IMG/VR virus record: IMGVR_UViG_3300008267_011718
Span: 1-59,312 of that record
From: a virus
Lineage: Duplodnaviria; Caudoviricetes
Direction: 5' to 3' (one strand)
DNA length: 59,312 nt
The position numbers were made by a program, and so were the translations under genes. Below are positions 8,501 through 18,069 of the stretch, piece after piece (the first letter of the stretch is position 1; every line of letters begins with the position of its first letter). The notes beneath the pieces are model-generated. The model had not been told where the DNA came from. It worked only from the letters and a program-made list of their open reading frames with translations, and did not search any database.

Positions 8501-8746
8501 TTAAATTAGAGGTATATATTGCGAGTTACATTCTTGAGAAAAATCAAATGAATCATTACAAAGAACAATAGGCTCAGTGGTTAGATTTAAATTTAAATCG
8601 TTTATTGCAGTATACCCTTTTTCAACAGTATTAGCAAAATCAGCTCTATAATTTATTTCACCATTAAAAATAGAAAATTTTGTATGTGGTTTTGCTTTTA
8701 AAACACTGACAAAAACATCATTTTGTTCAAATTTTCTTATTGACAT
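8501..8746 (-). CDS. Small structural protein
   Basis: 81 aa, tightly packed between two paralogous structural genes; ends SFDFSQECNSQYIPLI. Confidence 0.65.
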   Translation of the reverse strand: MSIRKFEQNDVFVSVLKAKPHTKFSIFNGEINYRADFANTVEKGYTAINDLNLNLTTEPIVLCNDSFDFSQECNSQYIPLI

Positions 8747-8748
8747 CT

Positions 8749-9858
8749 TTATACATCCAATCTAACTCTTAAAAGTATTGAATCGTCTGGAGTCTTTTTT
8801 ATAGGTTCAGATAATTTTGCTACCGCAAGCAATTCATTATCAACAGAATATAGACCGACTGTTGTTATATAAGAAACAGGCGCATCGGAAGCAAATGTCT
8901 TAACGGCTATTTTGCTACCAGACAAATATGTTGGATTTGATGAATAATTAAACTCATTGTGATTTGCACGGCAGAAATATATTGTTGAATTTAGTTCGGT
9001 TGTATTATTAAAGGAAATACTCTGTACGCGCTTCCTAAATGCATTTGCAGCACCATCAATTGAAGCGCTTAATAGCATAATACCAATGTCTCCTGATATT
9101 ATTGTTGAGCCATTTGTGCCTGACATGGCGGCTGGATTGCTTAACTGACCATATTGATTTAACTCAAGAGAAGCTAATTCACCAGCCGTACCAGAAGCTG
9201 CAAAAATTGATGGTGATAGAACAACAACACCAGCTTGATAAAAAATTAAACCAGCTTCTGTAAAGTTTGAATTTGATCCACCAGAGGTTTTTAAAATACC
9301 ATATTCGCCAGTTGGTGAATCAACATAATAGTTTGATAAAGATGAAGTATCGGTAATTGTAAGTAATGATGTAAATGGGTCATTTGCTGAAGTTGATGAA
9401 GAGCCAACGCCAACAACCATTCTAAATGTACCTTTTTTAATTTCATCTTTAACTAGAAGTCTTGAAAAGGATAGGAAATAAGCATTATTTAATAAAGAAG
9501 AAACTAAGCCAGTAGCAGCGCTTTTATGTTCAAGTTGCTTTATGCTGCCTGTTTGATCATAACCATTCAATATTTGGCACATTTGATTATAGATATTTTC
9601 TTTTTTTGCTTCTTGAATAACTGTACCTGTTGTAACAGTGGCACGACCAACTGTTATATCAAATAAAGCATTTGCAGAAGAGCTTAAATATGGGTAATCA
9701 TACACAGTCTGAAACATACCATGTGAATAGCTTTTAATATTTGATGTTCCGTATACTGAACTGCTTACGAGAGTACCAGTTATTGGTATCGCTTCGTATA
9801 AAGGTGTTCTTGTAACTGTAATATCTTCTGCGCCTAGTCTTTTATAAGTGGAAGCCAT
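8749..9858 (-). CDS. Baseplate/tail-associated structural protein
   Basis: DEIKKGTF, GLIFYQAGVVVL, YFCRA...EFNYSSNPTY, YITTVGLY...NELLAVAKLSEPIKK...LRVRLDV. Confidence 0.72.
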   Translation of the reverse strand: MASTYKRLGAEDITVTRTPLYEAIPITGTLVSSSVYGTSNIKSYSHGMFQTVYDYPYLSSSANALFDITVGRATVTTGTVIQEAKKENIYNQMCQILNGYDQTGSIKQLEHKSAATGLVSSLLNNAYFLSFSRLLVKDEIKKGTFRMVVGVGSSSTSANDPFTSLLTITDTSSLSNYYVDSPTGEYGILKTSGGSNSNFTEAGLIFYQAGVVVLSPSIFAASGTAGELASLELNQYGQLSNPAAMSGTNGSTIISGDIGIMLLSASIDGAANAFRKRVQSISFNNTTELNSTIYFCRANHNEFNYSSNPTYLSGSKIAVKTFASDAPVSYITTVGLYSVDNELLAVAKLSEPIKKTPDDSILLRVRLDV

Positions 9859-9875
9859 ATTTTTATACCCTTAAA

Positions 9876-10802
9876 TTATTGTTTTTTTACAAATGTTACT
9901 GGAATGCTAACTGAAAAACCAGTTGTTACACCTGTTACTGTTATAGTACTTTTTATTACATAGCATGGAATACCGGCTATCGTCGTTGACTGTCCAAATG
10001 TGGTAAACAAATAAGTGCTTGTTTGTGATTCTAAAGAAGATCGTATGCTAAACACTAAAGCTGTACCTTTTGGACCTTTAATGGTGTTTCCAACAGAAGA
10101 TAACGTTCTAATATAGTTACTGTCTTGCACGTATTTGTCATCGGTTACTAAAGAAAAATAGTATTGTGCTATATTATCATCATCAACAAATGATTTAGCC
10201 GCTTCTTCAACAGTTTGCTGAGTGCTTGTAGGAGCAATAATAGTGCCTAATCTATTATCAATTTCAACAACATATTGTGTTTCTTTTAGATCTTGATCAA
10301 TAGTAAATTGAGAATTCACCTCAGAAGTATCTAACCCTTGATGTAATTCTATAGGATCAGACCCATTTATACCATAACCAAAAATAACACCATTAGCTGC
10401 ATTATTTACTCCACCAAAGTTTGCATCATTCTGTATAAAAGCTTCTTCTGTGGTTTGGTCAACTGTAACTAATACTGTATTAGTATTAACATACAAAGGC
10501 GTAGCAAGTTTAATAACTGGTAAAAATAGTAAATTATTTCTTGGAATAGTTAATAATTTACTGTTCAAAGAAGCAATATTATTTGTAAATGCCTCTAAAA
10601 CTGGTGTCTGTAAAATATCTAGATCGTAATAAGCGCTACCACTAGCATTTGTACCATCAAATAATCTATAATTTATTTCATCATCACCAAGAGCGAATTG
10701 AACAATTTTAAAACTACCATCTCCCCTAGCTAATCTTTGTCTACCAGCGTCAGTTAAAACAGCGTCTAAAATAATATCACCAGAATTGTCTAAAAATGCC
10801 AT
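9876..10802 (-). CDS. Baseplate/tail-collar-like structural protein
   Basis: MAFLDNSGDIILDAVLTDAGRQRLARG...FALGDDEINY; strong GAGGA RBS. Confidence 0.72.
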   Translation of the reverse strand: MAFLDNSGDIILDAVLTDAGRQRLARGDGSFKIVQFALGDDEINYRLFDGTNASGSAYYDLDILQTPVLEAFTNNIASLNSKLLTIPRNNLLFLPVIKLATPLYVNTNTVLVTVDQTTEEAFIQNDANFGGVNNAANGVIFGYGINGSDPIELHQGLDTSEVNSQFTIDQDLKETQYVVEIDNRLGTIIAPTSTQQTVEEAAKSFVDDDNIAQYYFSLVTDDKYVQDSNYIRTLSSVGNTIKGPKGTALVFSIRSSLESQTSTYLFTTFGQSTTIAGIPCYVIKSTITVTGVTTGFSVSIPVTFVKKQ

Positions 10803-10824
10803 TATTATATCCTCTTTTGTTTAT

Positions 10825-10852
10825 ATAACTAGTACTAAAATTTATAATTAGT
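10825..10852 (-). promoter_or_regulatory. Two tandem copies of the putative late-promoter motif (ACTAATTAT 10844-10852; ACTAGTTAT 10825-10833)
   Basis: In the 45-nt gap upstream of 9876..10802 (second copy overlaps the upstream stop codon). Confidence 0.5.
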
Positions 10853-13466
10853 TACCTTTATTTCTATTTATATCATTTCTAATTGGTCTATTAACGCTAG
10901 TTGGAGCTGCATCAGTCTGCGGTGGTGTAGATATTGGACGGTTAGGCCTTATAGCATTTCTGGTGTTTCTTATAATATTATTTGTATCTTGATTATATTG
11001 CATTTTAAAATTAATGTCTAATTTGCGCCCTGTTTGTTTAGAAGTCAATCTTATTTTATAATTTTTATTCCAAACACTTGGTCCAATACCAAAATTAGGT
11101 GCTTGTTCATACGCAGAAGCAGCTGAGCTGTTATTAAGCATTTGATTGTAAGATACGTTTACGTATAAATATCTATTTAAGGTTTTATTAGTAGAAACAC
11201 CAGAAAATTTTTCAAATTCAAAAACTTTTATTATTGGATAATAAATATCACTATTTTCAATGATTTCTATTTCGTATATAATCGTTGGATTTGATTTATA
11301 GCCAGCAGCATCAACTGCTCTAAATAAATAATAATATTTTTTATTATACTCTAGAGTATCTATAAATGAATCATTATTAATTGTTTTATATTTTTTATTT
11401 CTAAAATCTTCATAACTAAATGGTTTTGTGTCAATTCTAAATATTTCATAATTTTCAACAAACGTAAAAGGTTTATTTTCTTCACCTCTTATTTGTTTTA
11501 TTGGTTCATCGTCACCAAATACAAGCTTTTCATCCACATTTTTTTGTTGAGCGCTAGCCATATTTTCTAAAAGCACAACATCACTGTCTTCTAAAATAAC
11601 AAATTTTTCCGAGAGTGTGTCTAGTGATCTTTGAAAATTGAATTTTATTTTATCTTTTAAATCTTTATATGGAATTGGTTCTACTAACGGTGATACTGGC
11701 GGCTTAGAGATTTTTGGTTTTGATTTTGGAATATCAGTGAATACATCATTATCTGAAAAAACTGGTATTTCAAAAACATATACCAAAGGGGTGTTTTGCA
11801 CCAAAAGAATACCAGAATTATTTTCAGATGGTGCGCTTACTGGTTCTAAAAGAGCATTTATAGGTTGAATAGGAAAAGGTATTTGCAAGGAACCTGTAGG
11901 TTGTGCTGGTCTTTGCTGCATATACAAAGATGTTCTATTTAAAATGGGTTGACTTAATTTTATTTCTGTATCCGATAAATTTATTTTAGAAGAAAAATTT
12001 ATTACTGATTGATCTATATTTAATTTGCTTATATCAATATTATTATCAGGAGATAATTGCTGGCTCAAATCTCTAGAAAGCACAGCATTCGTACCAGCAG
12101 CACTATTTGCATCATTTGTTACAGACTTTGAACGAGCGATTAAATTATAAGAATATGCATTTCCTATTACTAAAAGATAATAGGAAAATCTATATGAATA
12201 TTCTTGATCAGTTTTAAGCTGAGTGTCAATAAAATTTAGTATATCTTCTTCAGTATTTTCAATATAATAAGTTTGTATTACGCCAACATTAGTTTTAAAT
12301 TTTTCAATCTTTAAACCTATTGGTTCTGTGTAACATTCTTTTCCTGATAAAACTTCTTTAAAATTTCTAAAATTTTCTTTTACTATATAATTTGTTTTAC
12401 CAAGTAAAACTCTAGACATTAAATTAAAAAGAAATAAGTTATCATCTGTTGAGGGCACTTGCTGATTGGTAGTATTGCCTATAAAATAGCAAGGTAATCT
12501 ATTATTTTGGAAATCAAAATATTTTGCGCCAAAATCATCATTATTTTCTATTGTTCTTTCTAGCCATCTTGTATAGTCATAAAATTTTATACCAACAGAT
12601 TCATAGTACTTAGATTCTATGCTTCCATTTAAGCTACCAGTATCCAGCAATAGATTTGATAATTTTCTTTTTAAAATATTAAATTTTAGCTCTCTATTAG
12701 GATTTTGGTTTGTACCTAAAAATACGTTATTGGAAAGAATATTTAAATTAAAGTATGTATCCTTAAAAGCTTTTGAAAATTCTCCACTTTTTTCTTTAAC
12801 AAATTCAACATTTATAAGATTTGGAAATAAAGAACTTCTATTTTCATTTACAGGCACATCAGCAGGATTGAATGCAATATTTACTAACTTTTTTTTATAT
12901 TTTTTAAATTCTTGTTTCCAATCATCAAAAGTATTAGCATAGTTAGTAACGTATCTATCAGAAAAATTTTTTTCTAAATCGGCATCGTCTATTCTTTTAC
13001 CGTTTGTTACTATATTTTCTATATCATCATTTTGTCTTATATCTTTTGCCAATAAAATATAATAATTTAATAAATCTAATTCATCTATATCATCTCTTTT
13101 TACAAAACTTTCATAATAAGAATTATAAAAATTATATTTTGTTTTTAGTTCTACTTTTGTTGCATTTGAAACATTATATAAGGTACTTAATTCTTTATTT
13201 TTTATAAGATATGGCGATGCTATATCAAAATTAAAATCAATATATACATTTGAAGAGTTTTTTATCTTATTTACAGTATCAGGATCTAAAAAATTAGTAG
13301 GAATATAAAAATTAGTTTTATCAATAGTCTGTTTTAAAATATCTATATATTCTTTGGATTCTAGTTCTAAAGAATTGTCTTTAACAATCCAAGAATTTTT
13401 TAGGTCCGATCTTATCGGGTCTTCCACCGCAGTAAAATAAAAATTTTGGTTTCCTGTTCTTTTCAT
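10848..13466 (-). CDS. Large hypothetical virion protein with Fn3-like segments
   Basis: 872 aa; FIDTQLK...YSYRF and FIDTL.YNKKYYYLFRAVD...SNPT segments resemble Fn3 strands; structural context. Confidence 0.6.
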   Translation of the reverse strand: MKRTGNQNFYFTAVEDPIRSDLKNSWIVKDNSLELESKEYIDILKQTIDKTNFYIPTNFLDPDTVNKIKNSSNVYIDFNFDIASPYLIKNKELSTLYNVSNATKVELKTKYNFYNSYYESFVKRDDIDELDLLNYYILLAKDIRQNDDIENIVTNGKRIDDADLEKNFSDRYVTNYANTFDDWKQEFKKYKKKLVNIAFNPADVPVNENRSSLFPNLINVEFVKEKSGEFSKAFKDTYFNLNILSNNVFLGTNQNPNRELKFNILKRKLSNLLLDTGSLNGSIESKYYESVGIKFYDYTRWLERTIENNDDFGAKYFDFQNNRLPCYFIGNTTNQQVPSTDDNLFLFNLMSRVLLGKTNYIVKENFRNFKEVLSGKECYTEPIGLKIEKFKTNVGVIQTYYIENTEEDILNFIDTQLKTDQEYSYRFSYYLLVIGNAYSYNLIARSKSVTNDANSAAGTNAVLSRDLSQQLSPDNNIDISKLNIDQSVINFSSKINLSDTEIKLSQPILNRTSLYMQQRPAQPTGSLQIPFPIQPINALLEPVSAPSENNSGILLVQNTPLVYVFEIPVFSDNDVFTDIPKSKPKISKPPVSPLVEPIPYKDLKDKIKFNFQRSLDTLSEKFVILEDSDVVLLENMASAQQKNVDEKLVFGDDEPIKQIRGEENKPFTFVENYEIFRIDTKPFSYEDFRNKKYKTINNDSFIDTLEYNKKYYYLFRAVDAAGYKSNPTIIYEIEIIENSDIYYPIIKVFEFEKFSGVSTNKTLNRYLYVNVSYNQMLNNSSAASAYEQAPNFGIGPSVWNKNYKIRLTSKQTGRKLDINFKMQYNQDTNNIIRNTRNAIRPNRPISTPPQTDAAPTSVNRPIRNDINRNKGN

Positions 13467-13468
13467 CT

Positions 13469-16400
13469 TTATATTTTTCCAGTTGTCTCTATTCTTTCAA
13501 TATGTTCCTGAAATAAGTTTTTATAAATAATCTTAAATACGTTTAAAAACAAATCTTTTGTATTATCAACAACTTTTCCATTTTCAATTCTAGTTGCATT
13601 TTGAGCAACATAGCACTCTTTTATGTTATCTCCGAATTGAGCATCGTTTGTAAGACCATAATTTTTTACAAAATAATCAGCTAAAATATCGCTACTAAAT
13701 TTTCTATCACTGAAATAATTCGTTATATTTTGATCGTTTAATATATCTTGTAAAATTTTATCTTTTAATGTATTACTAATCGCTATAGCCTCTTGTTCAT
13801 CCCCAGCAATATTATCTCTAACTGATAGCTGATCGTTTTCAAATTTTATAAAACACACTGTTCTCCACTTATTTGCTTGTCTATCATTGTAGTATAATTT
13901 AAATTCTAAAATATCTTCACCAAAAAATTCACTGTCAACAGTTAAACTTATAAAATAATTTGTTTTTTCAGCAAAAATATATCCTAAAGTATCTCCTCTA
14001 GAAGTTTGTAAGTCGCCAGATATATTACTTCCTTCAAGTGTGTACTCGTCAAAGAAATAATTTTCTATAACACGTTCAGTATATACGTATCCTGGTTTAT
14101 CATAAAACCAAGTAACATCGTAAGATTTTACTAGAGATGGTGCAACTACTGGAAGGTTTGTTGGTAGTTGGTTCAAAATAATTGGTGTTACAATTGCAGG
14201 AGTCAGAATATCAAACTGTATAATTCCCTTATCTAGTATAAAAAATTTATTATAAACTGGTATGTTTTCGTATACGGGTGTATCTAAAAATGCTTCTGCT
14301 TTCACATAAGGCTCTAATGAACATAAATAATAGCCAGCTGCATCTTCAGGATTTACTTTCATGTATTCTGGATTTTTTAAATTATAATAACCGTCTGCAT
14401 TTTTTGTAAATCCTATACGGTATATTTCTTTCAGTGTTTCATTTTTTATTTTAAATTCACTACTTTTTATTAGTTTTTTATCATAAAAACTACTTGTTGA
14501 ATCAATTTTTATTGCAGTAGAATTTTCAGGACTAGAATAATATTCTATCTTATTCTGAAATATCGTTTTGCCATTTATTAATTTTGAGTTATTTAAAAGT
14601 CCAATCGCTATATTATAGCAAGAAAAAATTTGTAATATATTAAATAATCTCTCTGCGTTTTGTACTAAGCGAGCTTGTGAAGAGTCTGCACTTATTGCAT
14701 CAAATTTTTTTCTTAAATCGTCTGGAAATTCTAAAGAAACATTGTTTTCATTGAATACATCGTATAATGAAAGAATGCGATTAACAACATCATTAGCTGT
14801 GAGAGTTGAAGGAACTGCAAAAATTTTATTTAAATATGCATCAAAATAAGGCGTTCCATAAAGACTAAAAATAAAATCAATATTAGAAAATATTATACTT
14901 TTCATATATTCTAAAAGATTTACAGTAGAATTATTTAAAGGTATATTAGAAACCGCATTAAGTCTCTGCTCTAATTCCTCTAAAGTTGTTTTAATAATTT
15001 TGTCTTTTCCTGGCGTTACAATATCTTTCAAAAATACATCAAAGCTAACAAGCCCATCTACGACTGAAAATCCAACTAAATCTTTATTTTTATCTTCTAT
15101 AAATTCAAAACCAAAAGAATCAGGCAGTTCAGAATCAGCGACAGGATTTAATTTTTCTTCATTAAATTTATTTATTGCTTGTGCCTGAATTCTATTTTTA
15201 GCAGAAGTAAAAACATGCTCAACTTTTAATGTCTGCAAGTAATTAGCATATGCGTCTACCGATAAAAAACCGCCAATTAAATTTCCTGCCAATTGATTAT
15301 TTAATGGTAGTTGCCTATTGGCTGGTATTGGCGAATCCTTTATGCTTATTTTTGGTTTATTTTTTGTCTGTAATAAGCTATCAAATTGTACAAGTAATTT
15401 TTCATGCATATTTAATACATGTGTAACCGCTTCAGGATTAGAAATACCAGGTAGCATCGCGTTAATAATCCCTTGTCTGATATTGTCATAATAAATTTCA
15501 TTTAAGTTGTAATTGTTTAATCCATCAACAATTTTCTGCATTAAAGAGTATAAATCCGCTATCTTAATCACGGCGGTAGGATTAAATATTTCTCTTAAAT
15601 CTTCACTAAATCTATTTTCATCGGTTATAAAATATCCTCTTTTGAAAGAACCTACTGAATTTTCTCTTGTTTGATCAATATATGGGTTTTGATCTAATAA
15701 CACATCACCTGGTATTTCAGGTAATGAGGCTACTTGTAGATAATATCTTATATTATTTAAGTTACCTAGCAAAATTGATTTAAGAAGAAGAATAAAAATA
15801 TAAGATGGATCTATGAGTTGTATTTCAAATTTATAGTTAAATTTTCCATAGGTATTTTTTGTTATATTATGATCTTTACCCGAAAAAAACAACATATCGT
15901 TCAATATAGAAACACCTATTTCATCTCTTTTTGATTCTAATTTAAAATCAAAATTTTCTTTTAAAGTAGTTGAAACTATTTTTTCCTGAAAATCTCCATA
16001 AATATCTGCTTTTTCGTTAATTCTAGTTAATTTACAATAATTTGCTTTTGATAAAGAAATTAAATTTTTAAGTCTTTCTGGCGGTAGAAGATCTACTAAT
16101 TTTCCAAATATCATATTATCTTTTAAGAAATTTTTTATATCAAAAAAGAAACCGTATTTAATATAATTTAGTGGCTCACCTTTTGTTTTCTGTTGAATAT
16201 CGCTTGGTAAAAATACATCATATGAAGCAAACATATCAGAAAAATATGGATTTTTTTGCTTTGATTCGTTTTTTTGTTTTTCTTCTAGATTTCTTAAATA
16301 ATCTTTAGCAGCGGGTGACGATACTTCTGGAGTGTTTTCAATGATACTTAAATCTAAAACTCTATTTGAAGAAATAGTTCCATTCTCAACTATTTTAACA

Positions 16401-17212
16401 GCCTCTGGCTTACCATAAAAATATTTTTCTATATCATAAGTGTTTGAAAAATTTATATTAAATGCTTTAGAAATTTCATCTGTATCATAGTAAACAAAAT
16501 GAACTACAGATATATATTCTATTGTTGGAGTAAGAACTATATTGCTATTATCATTAGCGCTATTAGCTATTTCTTCTTTTGTTTTTGGGCGAGTATAAAA
16601 ACCTATATAATCTTTCAGAAGAGAATTTTCAAAATCAATAAAAAAATTTCCTATAATTTCATTTTTGTTTTTTATAGATTGTAATTGGTTTACTTCTTGA
16701 TTTTGGACTGTTAATTGTGCTTGAGCGCTTTGCAGTGGCTGAACTAGATCTCTTTGTTGTATAGAAGACAAGCCTTCATCAGTATTAATTTTAGGAAAAT
16801 TTCCATCTGTTATTTTTTTCGTATTAAGCCCAGATCTACTTTTAAAATTTTCAAATGTAAAAGTATGAACCCTATTTTTATCAAAACCTTTAACTTGTCT
16901 AGGGTCTAGCAATAAAATATCTTCTTCTTCTTTAGAAACACAAAAAATTGTTTTAAATTTTAGAAATTTACTTATAACTTTATTATTCCACCAATAACCA
17001 TTTTTTTCTATTAAATTTATTCTATCGTTTAATGTAAATTTAAATTTAAAATTAAGTTGATTTTTTGTAGTTTCTCCAGGCGCATCAAGTAAAAAATCAA
17101 TTTGATTTACGCCATCGTATTTTTGTTTAGATATAATACATCTATCAAAAGTTAATTGTGGTGTTACAACCGTTGAAATATCATTTATTAATGTTTGAAA
17201 TTCATTTGCCAT
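13469..17212 (-). CDS. Large hypothetical virion protein
   Basis: ~1250 aa uninterrupted ORF in baseplate module; likely start MANEF at 17212. Confidence 0.6.
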   Translation of the reverse strand: MANEFQTLINDISTVVTPQLTFDRCIISKQKYDGVNQIDFLLDAPGETTKNQLNFKFKFTLNDRINLIEKNGYWWNNKVISKFLKFKTIFCVSKEEEDILLLDPRQVKGFDKNRVHTFTFENFKSRSGLNTKKITDGNFPKINTDEGLSSIQQRDLVQPLQSAQAQLTVQNQEVNQLQSIKNKNEIIGNFFIDFENSLLKDYIGFYTRPKTKEEIANSANDNSNIVLTPTIEYISVVHFVYYDTDEISKAFNINFSNTYDIEKYFYGKPEAVKIVENGTISSNRVLDLSIIENTPEVSSPAAKDYLRNLEEKQKNESKQKNPYFSDMFASYDVFLPSDIQQKTKGEPLNYIKYGFFFDIKNFLKDNMIFGKLVDLLPPERLKNLISLSKANYCKLTRINEKADIYGDFQEKIVSTTLKENFDFKLESKRDEIGVSILNDMLFFSGKDHNITKNTYGKFNYKFEIQLIDPSYIFILLLKSILLGNLNNIRYYLQVASLPEIPGDVLLDQNPYIDQTRENSVGSFKRGYFITDENRFSEDLREIFNPTAVIKIADLYSLMQKIVDGLNNYNLNEIYYDNIRQGIINAMLPGISNPEAVTHVLNMHEKLLVQFDSLLQTKNKPKISIKDSPIPANRQLPLNNQLAGNLIGGFLSVDAYANYLQTLKVEHVFTSAKNRIQAQAINKFNEEKLNPVADSELPDSFGFEFIEDKNKDLVGFSVVDGLVSFDVFLKDIVTPGKDKIIKTTLEELEQRLNAVSNIPLNNSTVNLLEYMKSIIFSNIDFIFSLYGTPYFDAYLNKIFAVPSTLTANDVVNRILSLYDVFNENNVSLEFPDDLRKKFDAISADSSQARLVQNAERLFNILQIFSCYNIAIGLLNNSKLINGKTIFQNKIEYYSSPENSTAIKIDSTSSFYDKKLIKSSEFKIKNETLKEIYRIGFTKNADGYYNLKNPEYMKVNPEDAAGYYLCSLEPYVKAEAFLDTPVYENIPVYNKFFILDKGIIQFDILTPAIVTPIILNQLPTNLPVVAPSLVKSYDVTWFYDKPGYVYTERVIENYFFDEYTLEGSNISGDLQTSRGDTLGYIFAEKTNYFISLTVDSEFFGEDILEFKLYYNDRQANKWRTVCFIKFENDQLSVRDNIAGDEQEAIAISNTLKDKILQDILNDQNITNYFSDRKFSSDILADYFVKNYGLTNDAQFGDNIKECYVAQNATRIENGKVVDNTKDLFLNVFKIIYKNLFQEHIERIETTGKI

Positions 17213-17213
17213 A

Positions 17214-18068
17214 TTAACAATTTTCCCCAAATGGAGGCTTAACAGTTTTAACTAATTTAGTGCCTATTTCTACAGATACTTGTTCTAAGTCTATTTCATT
17301 ATCAACTAATATATTAAAATAATTATTAGCTAAAATTAAATCTTGATTTATATTTTCTTCCTTTATTTCTTTATCGTCTAATAGAATATCATTTACTATA
17401 ACTTGTTTTGGTTTTTTAAAATATATTTGCTCTAATTCTTCTCCGTTATTACCATCTCCCTTGACTTCAAAAAGTTCTATTTGAAAATATTCGCCTTCAA
17501 AATCAACGTTTAGCTCTTCAATATCTAAAAAACAATAATTATTTTCCATTCTATATGCTGTTCCATCTGAAAATATAATATCGTCTGGTTGTTTTTCGTC
17601 TTCTTTGTTTAATATTTTAATTTCATAAAATATTGGTTTTAAGTTTATCTGGGGTACGTCTAATTCATTATTAGCTGCTGTATATTTTTGAGCAAATGAT
17701 TCTGCTTGACCTTTTAATATTTTTAAATTCCAAGACGGTTTATATTCGCTACTAAGAGACATATTTCCAAGTAAATTAGTAAACAATCCAGTATCTGTTT
17801 TTAAATCTAAAGGAGATAATTTTCTGCTTGTATTTTCAACAGATGTAAATCTTGTCTGTGGCTTTAAATATGGAGTTTCATTAAGTATTCTTATTGATGA
17901 AGATACTTGTAGTTCTTCGCGGTTTTGAGAATAAGCAACATCGTAGATAACATCGTCATCGTGAAAAGTATAATAAGAAGGCTTAAATTTTCCTTCTAAT
18001 AAAAGCTTTTTCCCATAAGGAGTTAGTTCTATTTTTAATACTTCTTCTTTGCTATCAAAAAAAGACAT
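17214..18068 (-). CDS. Baseplate structural protein, N-terminus paralogous to 9876..10802
   Basis: MSFFDSKEEVLKIELTPYGKKLL..GKFKPSYYTFHDDDVIYD; GGAGGAG RBS before ATG 18068. Confidence 0.65.
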   Translation of the reverse strand: MSFFDSKEEVLKIELTPYGKKLLLEGKFKPSYYTFHDDDVIYDVAYSQNREELQVSSSIRILNETPYLKPQTRFTSVENTSRKLSPLDLKTDTGLFTNLLGNMSLSSEYKPSWNLKILKGQAESFAQKYTAANNELDVPQINLKPIFYEIKILNKEDEKQPDDIIFSDGTAYRMENNYCFLDIEELNVDFEGEYFQIELFEVKGDGNNGEELEQIYFKKPKQVIVNDILLDDKEIKEENINQDLILANNYFNILVDNEIDLEQVSVEIGTKLVKTVKPPFGENC

Positions 18069-18069
18069 T

